This document shows positions 41,301-43,230 of a stretch of DNA of 43,230 bases, in pieces. This DNA comes from an uncultured Candidatus Poseidoniales archaeon. GTDB lineage: Archaea; Thermoplasmatota; Poseidoniia; Poseidoniales; Poseidoniaceae. The position numbers and the translations under genes are program-made. The notes beneath the pieces were generated by a model, which had not been told where the DNA came from, searched no databases, and saw nothing but the letters and a program-made list of their open reading frames with translations. Position 1 is the stretch's first letter. Every line of letters starts with the position of its first letter. Location of the stretch: assembly GCA_964526445.1 (NCBI GenBank), contig CAZGIY010000003.1:1-43230 (forward strand), written 5' to 3'.

Positions 41301-41694
41301 TATGCAATTTATCTTCACCACTGCAATTTGCTGTTAAGGACCATACTACTCCTTCTCCTAATGCAATCCGTGCGACCAACATATCGCTGACACCTTCAGT
41401 ATCGACAACCAATGTTTGATTGCCGACAGATACGTTGGAAGAGTACCAACCAACAACGATAATTTCCTGTTCATTCAGCCAAGCAGTATCACTAATTGAA
41501 ACACTCGAAGAAAGTGTTTCTTCCAATACATGAGGATAAGTGACCAATTTGCTACCTCCCGAGTGGCTACCTCCACCGATATCTCCAGAATATGCTTGAT
41601 TTTCCATCTCAGACATAATCTCTGAAATCGGATCTGAGATTGGGATAAGAACTGCGCAGCAGGTCAAGACAATCATGACAGTGTAGGTTCGCAT
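38395..41694 (-). CDS. Membrane-anchored surface protein with N-terminal beta-propeller-like region and thrombospondin type-3-like Ca-binding repeats
   Basis: Signal-like N-terminus (MRTYTVMIVLTCCAVLI, ATG 41694 preferred). Many W.D.DGDG.GDN and DRFGCPD.D repeats, a TM helix near the C-terminus and a Trp-rich tail. Confidence 0.85.
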   Translation of the reverse strand: MRTYTVMIVLTCCAVLIPISDPISEIMSEMENQAYSGDIGGGSHSGGSKLVTYPHVLEETLSSSVSISDTAWLNEQEIIVVGWYSSNVSVGNQTLVVDTEGVSDMLVARIALGEGVVWSLTANCSGEDKLHSVDIEKEDGDASGNNSTIWIGGAFQGSISIGSQTLAASASNNEVRAIVGRLDVNGGFLDHEHSDGNSGQASVFDLEISETGAYVVGQANSEATFGSHSISNLGSSSVGFVSHVSNAGGWETLASTSCCTNPNSYQDASFNAISIDSDGNLLISGSADEGVQYNGTTLISGVNDENSEGVVLKLDSNFDLIWSASVGSRETAGDEQLNDVSVHSDNVYVVGTVYGTQGKRVSAGMIPVSTRGGHDAFIGILDIQNGTWQHARSYGGQGDDYGGAVSRLTENLTTFSIGHEGSITLAANLITGVAEMGVALLTVESERGKEVWSIEASAYGLESSPGALSANETGALVVGNLLSLDGYSLMIFESDQDGDGYSARNDAFPLDDTQFRDSDGDGLGDSSEGNNPDDCPLQWGNSTLDRFGCPDTDGDGVSNMFDKLPDDSTQWKDSDDDGYGDNQSGNMPDSCEEEYGVSHADMFGCPDSDEDGWSNQGDVFADDASQWKDSDGDGFGDNLLGFEGDACPSTHGTSSADRFGCPDSDSDDWSDDGDAFIDNSLKWSDLDGDGYADNSGAPELDLWPNDATQWADSDYDGHGDNRYGTLGDHFPDDPTQWSDMDGDGYGDDPTGNEPDAFTYNPTQWSDSDGDGWGDNQSGLQADRFASEPTQWSDLDGDGCGDNPLGVNPDAFPYDFTQCTDRDGDGYGDNPNGNQPDLFPDEASQWYDTDGDGLGDNLSGVNADPFLNDFDNDGYNDTMDILPKFSSPGDLDADGCMDEVDLFPTLSKECSDFDGDGIGDNEDNDDDNDGWSDSEEERLGTDAFSSAEKPIESFEVVVPGTQIGLGAWDLLGILVGLPMASWLSFGLLTRKGRGERFAERLRNCQNLIALEDASKDYENALKYRLLGPHQGLMLERVRSNVENDLQEAELGLSPDTLSDYTGPSREIQGILDEDGWEWLEYSGENWYRDQGDGRWRPWKE

Positions 41695-41815
41695 GTTTAT
41701 TTGTAGAAGTCCATATTCTTCAATCATTTGCAAAGAACAGTCTTACCATTAGCGTCATTGATAATGTAATGGAAAGTGGTTTAGGCTGGTTCTATTTCAA
41801 CGTAGCAGGGCCGTC

Positions 41816-43230
41816 ATGTCAATTGAGAAGCATGCAACCATCTCGAGTGAATTTACTCCTGATGCATTCTATCCAGTTGTACTAGGTTTAGCCCTTGCTA
41901 CAATCATCTGGCACTTTTGGGTGCCGCGCTCCCTCAGACGTATTCAGATCGCCTTCAATACCGGAGGTGATGATTACGAAGTGCATCGAATTTCGGAAAC
42001 TGTTTCCGAAGCACGGGACCTACTAGGAATCAAGGGTGCAGGCTGGGGAGTTCTACTCTATTTGATGGCAATTACTGGTGTCATGATTCTCACCATGGAG
42101 ATTCTGATTAAACCATTCAATCACAGCATCTACGTATTCCAGATCGTATTCGTCATGATTGGCATCCCAATCTTAATCTCACCAGTCTCATCAATAGCAG
42201 CACAAATATCACCAAAGGTTGGGCATAAACGTAAGGACATTGAAAAGGCCGAGAAGCGCAAGTTGCTGCGGTTTTTTGTAGGTGGAATAGCACTTTCTAT
42301 ATCTGTTTGGCTTGTTAATCTACTACTTCAAGAATCAAATGCTCCATTTGAGCAAATCGCTGCATTTACACTATTGATTATGCTCCTACCATCGATTGTA
42401 GCATATGGTAGAATATTGGGTTCGTGTTGGAATGTCCTGCTGCATTCCAAGTATCATCGTGCTGCGGGTCGTATATCTATCCTATACCCTGATGCACCAG
42501 GATTCTGGGCACGTGTAATGGCGATGATTATCTTCGTCAACGCATTACTAATGCCATTAACAGCCCTTAATGGAATGGTATCATGGGTCATTCAATTCAG
42601 CGATTTATCCGCACTATTCGTCCACACTGACAGAGTTCTAGAAATGGATGGATACCAAGCCAAATCACTATTGGGAGAAGGAGGAATCATCGGATACTAC
42701 TTCGTCGAAGTATCTTGGTACATCAACGATTACACAATCAGAAATTTAGCCACTGCATTGGTAGTCATTTTCTTGTTATTGAACGTCACAATCGTTGGAA
42801 TTGCCTTCGTCTATGAAGTTGCACGATTGATGTTCCTTGGAGCCTCTCATATCAGTGGCAGTGGTGGTATAGTTTTCGCTGACCCAAGAACTCTAAGGTC
42901 GGAAAAAAGTCAGCAAGCGCGGATTTTGCAGTTCTGTTTCATGGGATTCGCAGGATACACTGTCCTACTACTATTGGTCTCACTATTCCATCGATTCCCT
43001 CAATTCCTCCCAGATACTTCAGGTTGTGCGACTTGGATACAGAATGTGGATGCAATAGACGCAGGTTTCTGTCCGATATTTGAGCCAGATGTACTCGAGC
43101 AGTTATTATTCACTCTCGCTGTATCTGGTCAAGCAGTTTTCTTTGTTGTATGGTTGATGTCGATTAGACGTGCAGGTCGACTACGTAGAATTAGATTTGA
43201 TTTGAATAGCAGTGATCTAAAGGAAGCCTC
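41816..43230 (+). CDS. Large multi-pass membrane protein of unknown function, truncated by the window edge
   Basis: Not in the ORF track. Read from ATG 41816: MSIEKHATISSEFTPDAFYPVVLGLALATIIWHFWVPRSL..., open to the window end with many hydrophobic helices. Confidence 0.8.
   Translation, partial: MSIEKHATISSEFTPDAFYPVVLGLALATIIWHFWVPRSLRRIQIAFNTGGDDYEVHRISETVSEARDLLGIKGAGWGVLLYLMAITGVMILTMEILIKPFNHSIYVFQIVFVMIGIPILISPVSSIAAQISPKVGHKRKDIEKAEKRKLLRFFVGGIALSISVWLVNLLLQESNAPFEQIAAFTLLIMLLPSIVAYGRILGSCWNVLLHSKYHRAAGRISILYPDAPGFWARVMAMIIFVNALLMPLTALNGMVSWVIQFSDLSALFVHTDRVLEMDGYQAKSLLGEGGIIGYYFVEVSWYINDYTIRNLATALVVIFLLLNVTIVGIAFVYEVARLMFLGASHISGSGGIVFADPRTLRSEKSQQARILQFCFMGFAGYTVLLLLVSLFHRFPQFLPDTSGCATWIQNVDAIDAGFCPIFEPDVLEQLLFTLAVSGQAVFFVVWLMSIRRAGRLRRIRFDLNSSDLKEA

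Noticed and set aside
1-43230. tRNA, rRNA, integrase or transposase
   Set aside because: None recognisable. Intergenic gaps are short and no mobility gene motifs were seen.

Overview
Archaeal DNA, most consistent with marine Poseidoniia (Marine Group II-like Euryarchaeota). This is inferred from aIF5A, TrmY, archaeal SRP54, a TSP3-repeat surface protein and TATA-type upstream elements. The right third (30.3-43.2 kb) is housekeeping and transport: Get3/ArsA-family ATPase with an HSP20-like tail, SRP54, TrmY, SurE, an EamA transporter, an OPT transporter, aIF5A, a TSP3-repeat protein and a partial membrane protein. The left 30 kb is a co-oriented minus-strand cluster of about 10 unassigned genes: a multi-TM protein, a 4837-aa Ig-like-repeat surface glycoprotein with an 805-bp internal duplication, TM/coiled-coil and small proteins, two 4-TM proteins, a zinc-finger protein, and a 2153-aa protein. 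By eye, that last protein carries tubulin-superfamily GTPase motifs in the correct order. Several look closer to eukaryotic tubulin than to FtsZ, and the fold appears split by two large insertions. This giant tubulin-like protein plus giant adhesin locus is the best candidate for an undescribed system. All homology calls are by-eye motif recognition; no searches were run.
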